IMG/VR virus record: IMGVR_UViG_3300032216_000254
Span: 1 to 35,896 of that record
From: a virus
Lineage: Duplodnaviria > Caudoviricetes
Length of the DNA: 35,896 nt
Strand: one strand, 5' to 3'
This document shows, in pieces, positions 26,479 through 33,466 of the stretch. A model generated the notes under the pieces. That model was not told the DNA's origin. It saw nothing but the letters and a program-made list of their open reading frames with translations, and made no database searches. Position 1 is the first letter of the stretch. The number at the start of each line of letters is the position of its first letter. A program made the translations under genes and the position numbers.

Positions 26479-26650
26479 GATTAACTTTTAATTGCTTTTC
26501 AATAAGTAATTTAGCTTCTTTTTTAGTATTCATAAAATAATAGTTTTTAATGGTTGATTGATTGTAAAGAATTACATCATTAAGAAATTCAGATAACTTC
26601 TTATTGTTAAAGTTAGCAATAGTTCTGTTTTTAAAGTCTATAACATACAT
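26471..26650 (-). CDS. Small hypothetical protein (not in ORF track)
   Basis: 59 aa starting MYVIDFKN, AAGGAG RBS. Confidence 0.55.
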   Translation of the reverse strand: MYVIDFKNRTIANFNNKKLSEFLNDVILYNQSTIKNYYFMNTKKEAKLLIEKQLKVNHG

Positions 26651-26859
26651 TTTAACGTCTCCTTATTGGTATTTACATAATTTTGAATAAGTTCGTCTAG
26701 GTCTTCCGTATTTTCTGTTATGTTAAGTTCTCCCATAACATGCAATCCTAGATTTAAAATGCCTTGAATATAATCACCTCTAGATATATTGCTATTGGTG
26801 TCTTGATAATGTTTAGCAAGTTCTAAACATACTTGTGAATAAGTAAATGGATTTATCAT
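26638..26859 (-). CDS. Small hypothetical early protein
   Basis: 73 aa, AAGGAG RBS. Confidence 0.6.
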   Translation of the reverse strand: MINPFTYSQVCLELAKHYQDTNSNISRGDYIQGILNLGLHVMGELNITENTEDLDELIQNYVNTNKETLKCML

Positions 26860-26868
26860 TGATTCTCC

Positions 26869-27072
26869 TTATAAGTAATTCATAAAGTTATTAGGTCTGA
26901 ATGAAGTAGTATTATCTAGCCATTCATTATATAAATCTTCCGCTAGATTATCGGCTTCCTTATCGGTCATAGGGTCGCAATCATCAAACGAATAGACAAG
27001 TTCATGATTGACATAGAATTTAAACTTATTTGTAGTATCATCGTAAGAATAGCTAAAATCACTCATCGTCAT
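26869..27072 (-). CDS. Small acidic hypothetical early protein
   Basis: Start taken at MTMSDF, which has an AAGG RBS. Confidence 0.55.
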   Translation of the reverse strand: MTMSDFSYSYDDTTNKFKFYVNHELVYSFDDCDPMTDKEADNLAEDLYNEWLDNTTSFRPNNFMNYL

Positions 27073-27286
27073 TAACCTTTCTGTCATATTTTGATTCAAG
27101 ATAGTTAAGTTTATATTCATCTAGCAAAGAGTTAGCTAGTTCACTTGCTTCACTTGCAAAGGTTGAGGCGTATTGATTAAGAAATCCTTGCCAATCCTCA
27201 TTTGATAACTCATTTTGAGGGTCGATGTCTTCTTTATCAATATATTGGTATAGTGTATCCGATAGTAAATCATCTATTGTTTGCAT
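27059..27286 (-). CDS. Small acidic hypothetical early protein
   Basis: 75 aa, AGGAG RBS. Confidence 0.6.
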   Translation of the reverse strand: MQTIDDLLSDTLYQYIDKEDIDPQNELSNEDWQGFLNQYASTFASEASELANSLLDEYKLNYLESKYDRKVNDDE

Positions 27287-27288
27287 AA

Positions 27289-27471
27289 TTAACTCCTAGT
27301 TCTTAAAAGGTTGATTTCATCTGTGATTTCACCTAATTGACACTTCATGTCATCTAAATAAGCGTTTATAGTAAGATAACCGCTTGGTGTATCACCTTTA
27401 TAGACAACATCTTCTAAAGTGATGTCAATAGCGTGTAGCTTTTCTGTTATATAGTCTAAATCTACTTGCAT
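27289..27471 (-). CDS. Small hypothetical early protein
   Basis: 60 aa, GGAGGG RBS. Confidence 0.6.
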   Translation of the reverse strand: MQVDLDYITEKLHAIDITLEDVVYKGDTPSGYLTINAYLDDMKCQLGEITDEINLLRTRS

Positions 27472-27475
27472 GTTA

Positions 27476-27658
27476 TTACCCTCCTTTATTAAGGTTGTTA
27501 ATCATAGTTTTAAAATAATTTGTAGCGTTATAGTAATCTACATTATAAGATTTTGCCTCTTCTATATCCCAATAACTAGGAATATAGAATAAGCCATATT
27601 TATTTTGCTTAACATAATCATTACTTAACTCTTTTATATAGTCAAGTTCTGTTTGCAT
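27476..27658 (-). CDS. Small hypothetical early protein
   Basis: 60 aa, AAGGAGACTACACC leader. Confidence 0.6.
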   Translation of the reverse strand: MQTELDYIKELSNDYVKQNKYGLFYIPSYWDIEEAKSYNVDYYNATNYFKTMINNLNKGG

Positions 27659-27670
27659 GGTGTAGTCTCC

Positions 27671-27913
27671 TTATAGTGTTAATTGATGTATAGGATTGCC
27701 ATTTTTATCGAATTGATAATTATTCATATTACACATATCAATAATTATATGTTCGTCTTCTTTGGATAAGTCGCAATAATAAGAATAACCGAAAGTTCCA
27801 TCTTCTTTTTCGTATTCTTGAGGGTCATTGTCAAGCCAATAGATAACTTTTTGCTTTGCTTCATCGCTTAAGTCTTTATATTGATAAGCATTAATTGATA
27901 CAGATAGAATCAT
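27671..27913 (-). CDS. Small acidic hypothetical early protein
   Basis: 80 aa, AAGGAGACTACA leader. Y.Y.DLSDEAKQK and N.Y.FD.NG motifs. Confidence 0.65.
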   Translation of the reverse strand: MILSVSINAYQYKDLSDEAKQKVIYWLDNDPQEYEKEDGTFGYSYYCDLSKEDEHIIIDMCNMNNYQFDKNGNPIHQLTL

Positions 27914-27925
27914 TTTGTAGTCTCC

Positions 27926-28123
27926 TTAAATATAATTATGGTCAATGTTTATAGTCCATGAAATACAATCGTATTCATAAGCCGATTCGATAGCATTACA
28001 GACTTTGTCAATTTTATCTGTATCCGCAAATAACAGGGTAAACTCTGTAATAGGCGTTAAGTTTTCTTTGTTGGTGTTATTTGGTGTTGATTCATACGCC
28101 TTAAACGTGATATTAGCTAACAT
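27926..28123 (-). CDS. Small hypothetical early protein
   Basis: 65 aa, AAGGAGACCACA leader. Confidence 0.6.
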   Translation of the reverse strand: MLANITFKAYESTPNNTNKENLTPITEFTLLFADTDKIDKVCNAIESAYEYDCISWTINIDHNYI

Positions 28124-28140
28124 TTGTGGTCTCCTTGTAG

Positions 28141-28371
28141 TTATTGTAAAATTTCAATAGGTGTAAAACTTTTACCATTGTTTAAATCATGGGCTAGGTC
28201 TTTAAAAAGGCTTCTATAGTCCCTAGCGTTTAATATGCCATGATTATTGATTAAATCATCTGTTATCATATCGGCTACATAATCGCAAGTTATGGAGTTA
28301 TCGTAATTCCATTCCTCGCAATCGTCAATATAAGATAAAACATTTTCTTTAACTATTGGTAAGTATTTCAT
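28141..28371 (-). CDS. Small hypothetical early protein
   Basis: 76 aa starting MKYLPIV, AGGAGG RBS. Confidence 0.6.
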   Translation of the reverse strand: MKYLPIVKENVLSYIDDCEEWNYDNSITCDYVADMITDDLINNHGILNARDYRSLFKDLAHDLNNGKSFTPIEILQ

Positions 28372-28382
28372 TGTCAAGCCTC

Positions 28383-28469
28383 CTAGTAAGATAAGATTAA
28401 TAGTAAAAACATATAGAAATTGACAAAGCATAAGACAAATATTAAAAAGTTCTTTAATAGGTCATTCAT
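28383..28469 (-). CDS. 28-aa hydrophobic peptide (not in ORF track)
   Basis: MNDLLKNFLIFVLCFVNFYMFLLLILSY, AAGGAG RBS. Confidence 0.55.
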   Translation of the reverse strand: MNDLLKNFLIFVLCFVNFYMFLLLILSY

Positions 28470-28642
28470 TGTAATGTCTCCTTATTGATAGATTTAAAAC
28501 CTTGTAAAAGGGTTAATTCTAAAAGTTCTTTGTATTTATCGTTTAATAGTTCTTTATAGTCTTTATATGCTAAAGAATTACAGATTGTAAGCATATATTC
28601 TATGTTGTCAATCTCTTTGTTAAGCGTCTCTATTGTTTGCAT
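28466..28642 (-). CDS. Small hypothetical early protein (not in ORF track)
   Basis: 58 aa starting MQTIETLN, AAGGAG RBS, ATGA coupling to the next gene. Confidence 0.6.
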   Translation of the reverse strand: MQTIETLNKEIDNIEYMLTICNSLAYKDYKELLNDKYKELLELTLLQGFKSINKETLQ

Positions 28643-28779
28643 GGTTTAATCTCCTTAATATAGTTGTCAAGTTGTTTACAGATTGCTAAATACTCTTTAA
28701 CGTTTGTATAAGGGAATGAAACGCTAAACCCTTTGTCAAGTTGTAATTTTATCTCTTTAAGTTCTGTTATAGATAACAT
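28630..28779 (-). CDS. Small hypothetical early protein (not in ORF track)
   Basis: 49 aa starting MLSITELK, AGGAG RBS. Confidence 0.55.
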   Translation of the reverse strand: MLSITELKEIKLQLDKGFSVSFPYTNVKEYLAICKQLDNYIKEIKPCKQ

Positions 28780-28821
28780 GGTTAAGTCTCCTAGTTATTG
28801 GTTAAGTAATAATATATAAGT

Positions 28822-28959
28822 TTATAATGTTGTCAAGTATTCTTTAAACATTTGTTTAGCTTCTTTTATAGTGTATCCATAATAAGTTCTATTGATTAAT
28901 TGATTATGAATAATATCTGATAGTGTTATAGAGCCGTTATAGTTCTTTGTAATAGACAT
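28822..28959 (-). CDS. Small hypothetical early protein (not in ORF track)
   Basis: 45 aa, AGGAG RBS, YYGYT.KEAK..F motif. Confidence 0.6.
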   Translation of the reverse strand: MSITKNYNGSITLSDIIHNQLINRTYYGYTIKEAKQMFKEYLTTL

Positions 28960-29001
28960 GGTATTATCTCCTGTTATATTGTCAAGTTTAATTAAAACGT
29001 A

Positions 29002-29038
29002 GTTATAAAAGGGAATCAGTTAAAATTCCCCCTATAAC
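29002..29038 (-). terminator. Hairpin after the first early gene (terminator or processing stem)
   Basis: GTTATAGGGGGAAT...ATTCCCTTTTATAAC on the minus strand, about 14 bp with G-U pairs. Confidence 0.55.
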
Positions 29039-29047
29039 ATATATATA

Positions 29048-29323
29048 CTAGTTTAAGTTAGCTAGTATGTAAACACCTTGTTTAATCTTCTTTTCTGTCT
29101 CTTTGGTAGATTCATTAAGAAATGTGCTTCTATGTTTAGATGTAGTTCTAGAATAGTTCCAATAAACAGGGTCTAGATATACTTTATCAGGTAAAGAACC
29201 GTTATCTTCTATCTTTACGATAATAGACTTATAAGATTGAAAGTAAGTAGCGTTATCAGTTTCAATTATGAATTGGTTAGCTACTATATTATTTCTGTTA
29301 TTAGTTATGTTAGAGACTTTCAT
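29048..29323 (-). CDS. Conserved phage early protein, first gene of the array
   Basis: 91 aa from ATG 29323 with AAGGAG RBS. VANQFII, FQSY.S.I and W.YS.TT.KHR..FL motifs. Confidence 0.7.
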   Translation of the reverse strand: MKVSNITNNRNNIVANQFIIETDNATYFQSYKSIIVKIEDNGSLPDKVYLDPVYWNYSRTTSKHRSTFLNESTKETEKKIKQGVYILANLN

Positions 29324-29363
29324 GGTATGACTCCTTAAGTTATTTGTCAAGATTGACAATGTA

Positions 29364-29391
29364 ATCATATACCCATTAAATAACTTGTCAA
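29364..29391 (-). promoter_or_regulatory. sigma70 promoter for the small-gene array
   Basis: TTGACA-N16-TATGAT on the minus strand, about 40 nt upstream of ATG 29323. Confidence 0.55.
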
Positions 29392-29480
29392 GTATTATTA
29401 TTATAAAAGATTGTAATTAATTGTATCAAATTGTAAACAGGATAATAACGCCTGTTATATATATAAGGAATAAGTATTAA

Positions 29481-29942
29481 ATGAATAACGAACCGAATAA
29501 CCCTGTTGACAATGTGGTCACTAATATGGTAGAGGATAGCAAAGCCTTAACTCCTGTTGACTCTTTACCTATTGACACGATAGAGACAGAGGAAGACAAA
29601 ACAGGAAGAGGGAGACCCCCACACCTTCCAAATGCGGACACCCGAAATAAGGTTTACACTTTATCTACAGTAGGCACACGCCATGAAGATATTGCATCCG
29701 TATTAAACATATCACATGATACACTTGTCAAGTATTACAAAGAAGAACTAGATAAGGGTCGTATTGAGGCTAACGCATCTGTAGCTGAAACCTTATTTAA
29801 GCAAGCTAAAGAAGGCAATACAACAGCTATGATATTCTGGCTTAAGTCTCGTGCTAAATGGAAAGAGTCAACACAACATGAAATTAGTGGTAATCCAGAT
29901 GGTACTCCTGTTGAAGTAAAAATTGTAACTGGAATAGAATAA
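29481..29942 (+). CDS. terS: Terminase small subunit
   Basis: GRPP, HTH (EDIA..L.IS..TL.KYY.EEL..G), LF..A..GN.TA.IFWLK.R..W.E and G.DG.PV motifs. Confidence 0.8.
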   Translation: MNNEPNNPVDNVVTNMVEDSKALTPVDSLPIDTIETEEDKTGRGRPPHLPNADTRNKVYTLSTVGTRHEDIASVLNISHDTLVKYYKEELDKGRIEANASVAETLFKQAKEGNTTAMIFWLKSRAKWKESTQHEISGNPDGTPVEVKIVTGIE

Positions 29943-30017
29943 GACCCCCCCACCCCTTTTTTTAAAAATTTTAAAACCTTTCTCCGAATGAAACGCCAGT
30001 AGGGAAAAATTTATATT

Positions 30018-30542
30018 ATGGACATGAACGAATTTTTGCAACAACTTGCTGCGGCAGAACAGAAGAGACAAGTAATCTCTGTAGGTGACCAGAACTTAAA
30101 TGTGAACGCCTACACAAAACCTACACTAGGTGTTAACGCAAATGCTTACCAGCCCACGCCAGCAGGATTGCTAGGTGCTACTATCAGTAAAGAAGTAGGT
30201 ATGCCTGTAGCTAAAGACTTATCACTATCTAATAGTGGTTTTAAAGGTGGTATTGTAAATCAAGGTAGTAATACTGCACCTTATGGTCAATATACAGATA
30301 ACGGTGTGTTAGCAAAGATTATAGGTGGTAGTAATCCTAACGCACTTGTAAACTATATGACTCCTATAGAGCATGGTAGCGTAAGTGCTGGTGCTAATTA
30401 TAGCAAAGATGGATTAGGTGTCAATGCTCAATATCAAAAACTATTACAAGACGCAGCACTTAAAGATTGGATGCTACGCATGGGTATTAATGCAAACCCT
30501 ATAGAACAACAAATTGGTGCTACATTAAGTAAATCATTTTAG
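30018..30542 (+). CDS. Beta-rich hypothetical protein
   Basis: 174 aa with Gly-rich alternating strands, ending IGATLSKSF. Confidence 0.55.
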   Translation: MDMNEFLQQLAAAEQKRQVISVGDQNLNVNAYTKPTLGVNANAYQPTPAGLLGATISKEVGMPVAKDLSLSNSGFKGGIVNQGSNTAPYGQYTDNGVLAKIIGGSNPNALVNYMTPIEHGSVSAGANYSKDGLGVNAQYQKLLQDAALKDWMLRMGINANPIEQQIGATLSKSF

Positions 30543-30550
30543 GAATAAAT

Positions 30551-30940
30551 ATGGAACAATTTAAAAATAATACATCTCCAGATAAAGTTATAAGCATATT
30601 TGCACTCATGTGCCTTCATGCTGTAACAAATGGTCATATCAATCATTGGCGTGCTAAAACATTTTCTATACACGCAGCATTAGGTGACTTTTATACAGGT
30701 CTACAAGAGGGTATAGATTCAGTTGTAGAAGCATATATGGGTAAGTATGGTGTATTAGAAGATTATCCAGAGTTCTATAGTTTACCTAGCAAAGACCCTA
30801 TTGAAGAATTAGTGCAACTATCCAACGCTGTGAAGGAAGTTCGTGCTAAACTACCACAAGATTCAGAATTACAAAACTTGATAGATGAGATTGCTGATTT
30901 AATTGATTCTACACTTTACAAGGTAAGATTCTTAAAATGA
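30551..30940 (+). CDS. DUF5856-like ferritin/Dps-fold protein
   Basis: H..HW....F..H.ALG.FY, D..VE.Y.GKYG and LQN..DEI......TLYK.RFL motifs. Confidence 0.75.
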   Translation: MEQFKNNTSPDKVISIFALMCLHAVTNGHINHWRAKTFSIHAALGDFYTGLQEGIDSVVEAYMGKYGVLEDYPEFYSLPSKDPIEELVQLSNAVKEVRAKLPQDSELQNLIDEIADLIDSTLYKVRFLK

Positions 30941-31083
30941 AAAACGGATTATACGCAAACATCCACGCTAAACAAAAAAGGATAGCTGCTGGTTCTGGTG
31001 AGAAAATGCGTAAGGTAGGAAGTAAAGGTGCACCTACTGCTAAAGCATTTAAACAATCAGCAAAGACAGCTAAAAAGAAATGA
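30937..31083 (+). CDS. Small basic protein (not in ORF track)
   Basis: 48 aa MKNGLYANIHAKQKRIAAGSGEKMRKVGSKGAPTAKAFKQSAKTAKKK, ATGA-coupled at both ends. Confidence 0.75.
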   Translation: MKNGLYANIHAKQKRIAAGSGEKMRKVGSKGAPTAKAFKQSAKTAKKK

Positions 31084-31376
31084 GTGGAGCTTGGCAAAAG
31101 AAAGAGGGCAAAAACCCTAAAGGTGGACTTAATGCCAAAGGTCGTGCATCTTATAACAAACAAACTGGTGGTCATTTAAAAGCACCTGTAAAGTCTGGTG
31201 ATAATCCTAGACGTGCATCTTTTTTAGCACGCATGGGCAACATGAAAGGTACAGAACATAAACCTAATGGTGAACCTACAAGACTATTATTATCTCTAAA
31301 GGCTTGGGGTGCATCATCTAAAGCAGATGCTAAATCTAAAGCAAAAGCTATTTCAGCAAGGAATAAAAAGAAATGA
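31080..31376 (+). CDS. DUF6321-like basic protein
   Basis: AWQ.KEGKNPKGGLN.KGR, RR.SF.ARM and SL.AWG motifs. Confidence 0.7.
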   Translation: MSGAWQKKEGKNPKGGLNAKGRASYNKQTGGHLKAPVKSGDNPRRASFLARMGNMKGTEHKPNGEPTRLLLSLKAWGASSKADAKSKAKAISARNKKK

Positions 31377-31843
31377 AATGTCCATTAGCCACACAAGATA
31401 TTCAACTTAATCTTAAGCATAGAGATTGGGCTTTTAAGAACGTAGGATATGGTCCAGTAAATCCAGATATTGAAGACAAAGTATTTTGGGCTAAACGTGC
31501 AGATGAATGGGCAACAACTCCAGAGATTGCTAAACAATCACGTTGTGGTAATTGCTCTGCATTTATACAGACACCAGAGATGATGAATTGCATCCTTCAT
31601 GGTGTTGCAGGTGATGAACCTATTAATGAATCTTATGCACCAGAAGTGATTGCTTCTGCTGAACTAGGATATTGCGAATTATTTGATTTCAAATGTGCTG
31701 CTGACAGAACTTGTTCTGCGTGGTTAGTAGGTGGTCCAATTAAAAAGCCACTTACTTCAGCACAAAAGAAAATGCTTATGATGGCTAAATTTGAAAACGG
31801 TAATAAAGAAAACGACACTAACGAATATAATACAGGGGAATAG
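31373..31843 (+). CDS. Cys-rich hypothetical protein
   Basis: CP.AT, CGNC, GYC....FKC....TC.AW motifs. Confidence 0.65.
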   Translation: MKCPLATQDIQLNLKHRDWAFKNVGYGPVNPDIEDKVFWAKRADEWATTPEIAKQSRCGNCSAFIQTPEMMNCILHGVAGDEPINESYAPEVIASAELGYCELFDFKCAADRTCSAWLVGGPIKKPLTSAQKKMLMMAKFENGNKENDTNEYNTGE

Positions 31844-31845
31844 TA

Positions 31846-32163
31846 ATGAGCATTATTAGATTTGATGACAATAGAAATCCAATAGAAGTATACTCACCAA
31901 GTACATCACAAGTATTTTCAGTAGGTAATACGACAGCAGCATCAACAGCATTTGGTACAGGAACAACTTTAGTAAGAGTTTCTTGTTCACTTGGTCATTG
32001 CCATGTTTCATTTGGTTCAACACCAACAGCATCAATTACAACAAGCATGATGATTCCTACAAACTCTGTAGGTATATTTAAAGTTAATGCAGGTGATAAG
32101 ATTGCTTACATTAAAGATGCAACTGTAGCAGCTTCAACACTATGTGTAACGGAACTAGCATAA
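31846..32163 (+). CDS. Small beta-rich protein (possible virion decoration)
   Basis: 105 aa, S/T-rich, ending VTELA. Confidence 0.5.
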   Translation: MSIIRFDDNRNPIEVYSPSTSQVFSVGNTTAASTAFGTGTTLVRVSCSLGHCHVSFGSTPTASITTSMMIPTNSVGIFKVNAGDKIAYIKDATVAASTLCVTELA

Positions 32164-32192
32164 AAAAATAAACTAGGAGGCGATGACCCTAT

Positions 32193-33464
32193 ATGGAGTC
32201 GCAAACAAAAACATTAGATACAGGTTATAGACCACGAGTCCCTCAAAAACTAATACACCAAGCGGTAAAAGATAATCGCTTTGTAGTAGTGGTAGCACAC
32301 AGACGTATGGGAAAAACTGTATCAGCCATTAATCAACTTATACATAGTGCTTTAACGTGCACAAAGAAAGAACCACGTTACGCATATGTAGCACCAACCT
32401 ACAATCAGTCCAAGAGAATTGCGTGGGATTACTTGGTGAACTATACCAGACCTCTTGGAGCAAAGGTAAACATTGCTGAACTTCGCGTTGATTTTATGGG
32501 TAGACGTATCTCACTATACGGTGCAGATAACCCAGACTCACTTCGTGGTATTTACCTCGATGGTGCAGTAATTGATGAAGTAGGAAACATAAATCCTTCT
32601 GTTTTTAGTGACATTATTCGTCCTGCATTGACAGACCGACTAGGTTTTTGTGTTGCAATGGGCACTCCAAAGGGAAATAATCATTTTAGAGGACTACGAG
32701 ACCGTGCTTCAGAGGGTCAAGGATGGAAATTATTAGAATTTAAGTCTTCTGATACAAAACTTTTGAATGAAGAAGAGTTAAGAGCAGCAAAATTAGAGAT
32801 GGGTGATGACAAATTCATGCAAGAATTTGAATGTTCATTCAATTCTCCTGTAGAAGGCTCATATTATTCTAAATTAATCAACGAAATTGAAGAAAAAGCA
32901 CATATGTGCGAGATTCCACGAGATGATTTGTGTAGAAGTTACACAGCATGGGACTTGGGTATGTCTGATTCTACTGCAATTTGGGTAGCACAGCTTACTG
33001 GTAAGGAAATTCGTCTTATTGACTACATGGAAAATCATGGTCAAGGTCTTGAATACTACGTTCAATGGTTAAAAGACAATGATTATATGCACTTTGAGCA
33101 TATTTTACCGCATGACGTAGAAGTTCGTGAGTTGGGTACTGGAAAATCTCGTAAGGAGACTTTGCAAGATGCTGGACTTCATATTATTACTGCTCCTCGT
33201 TTTAATGTTGCTGATGGCATACAAGCTGTTAGACGAATAATTCCGAGATGCTGGTTTGACCCAAAAACAAAACAAGGATTAGATGCTCTACGAAACTATC
33301 GTAGGCACTATGACGAGAAAAGAGCAGTCTTCCATGATAGACCATTACATGATTGGTCATCACACGCTAGTGACGCTTTTAGATACCTTGCAACAGGTTT
33401 AGATGACGCACCTGCAGAAGAATGGAACAGACCTATTAACGTAAACACAAATTGGATAGTATAA
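32193..33464 (+). CDS. terL: Terminase large subunit
   Basis: Walker A HRRMGKT, YVAPT, LRG...D...IDE, GTPKG.N, QEFEC.F, WDLG..D and H.SDAFRY motifs. Confidence 0.95.
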   Translation: MESQTKTLDTGYRPRVPQKLIHQAVKDNRFVVVVAHRRMGKTVSAINQLIHSALTCTKKEPRYAYVAPTYNQSKRIAWDYLVNYTRPLGAKVNIAELRVDFMGRRISLYGADNPDSLRGIYLDGAVIDEVGNINPSVFSDIIRPALTDRLGFCVAMGTPKGNNHFRGLRDRASEGQGWKLLEFKSSDTKLLNEEELRAAKLEMGDDKFMQEFECSFNSPVEGSYYSKLINEIEEKAHMCEIPRDDLCRSYTAWDLGMSDSTAIWVAQLTGKEIRLIDYMENHGQGLEYYVQWLKDNDYMHFEHILPHDVEVRELGTGKSRKETLQDAGLHIITAPRFNVADGIQAVRRIIPRCWFDPKTKQGLDALRNYRRHYDEKRAVFHDRPLHDWSSHASDAFRYLATGLDDAPAEEWNRPINVNTNWIV

Positions 33465-33466
33465 CA

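Larger units (their letters stand above)
27828..29732 (-). repeat. Nine co-oriented copies of CTTGACAA (TTGTCAAG on +)
   Basis: Copies start at 27828, 28371, 28664, 28733, 28830, 28979, 29344, 29385 and 29725. Confidence 0.8.

Noticed and set aside
26338-29400. Repeats in the small-gene array as a CRISPR or integron array
   Set aside because: Repeats are only 8-13 nt, irregularly spaced and often coding. No cas or integrase gene and no attC-like palindromes were seen.
32174-32230. Out-of-frame ATG at 32183 upstream of terL as a regulatory uORF
   Set aside because: The ATG is only 2 nt from AGGAGG, too close for efficient initiation.
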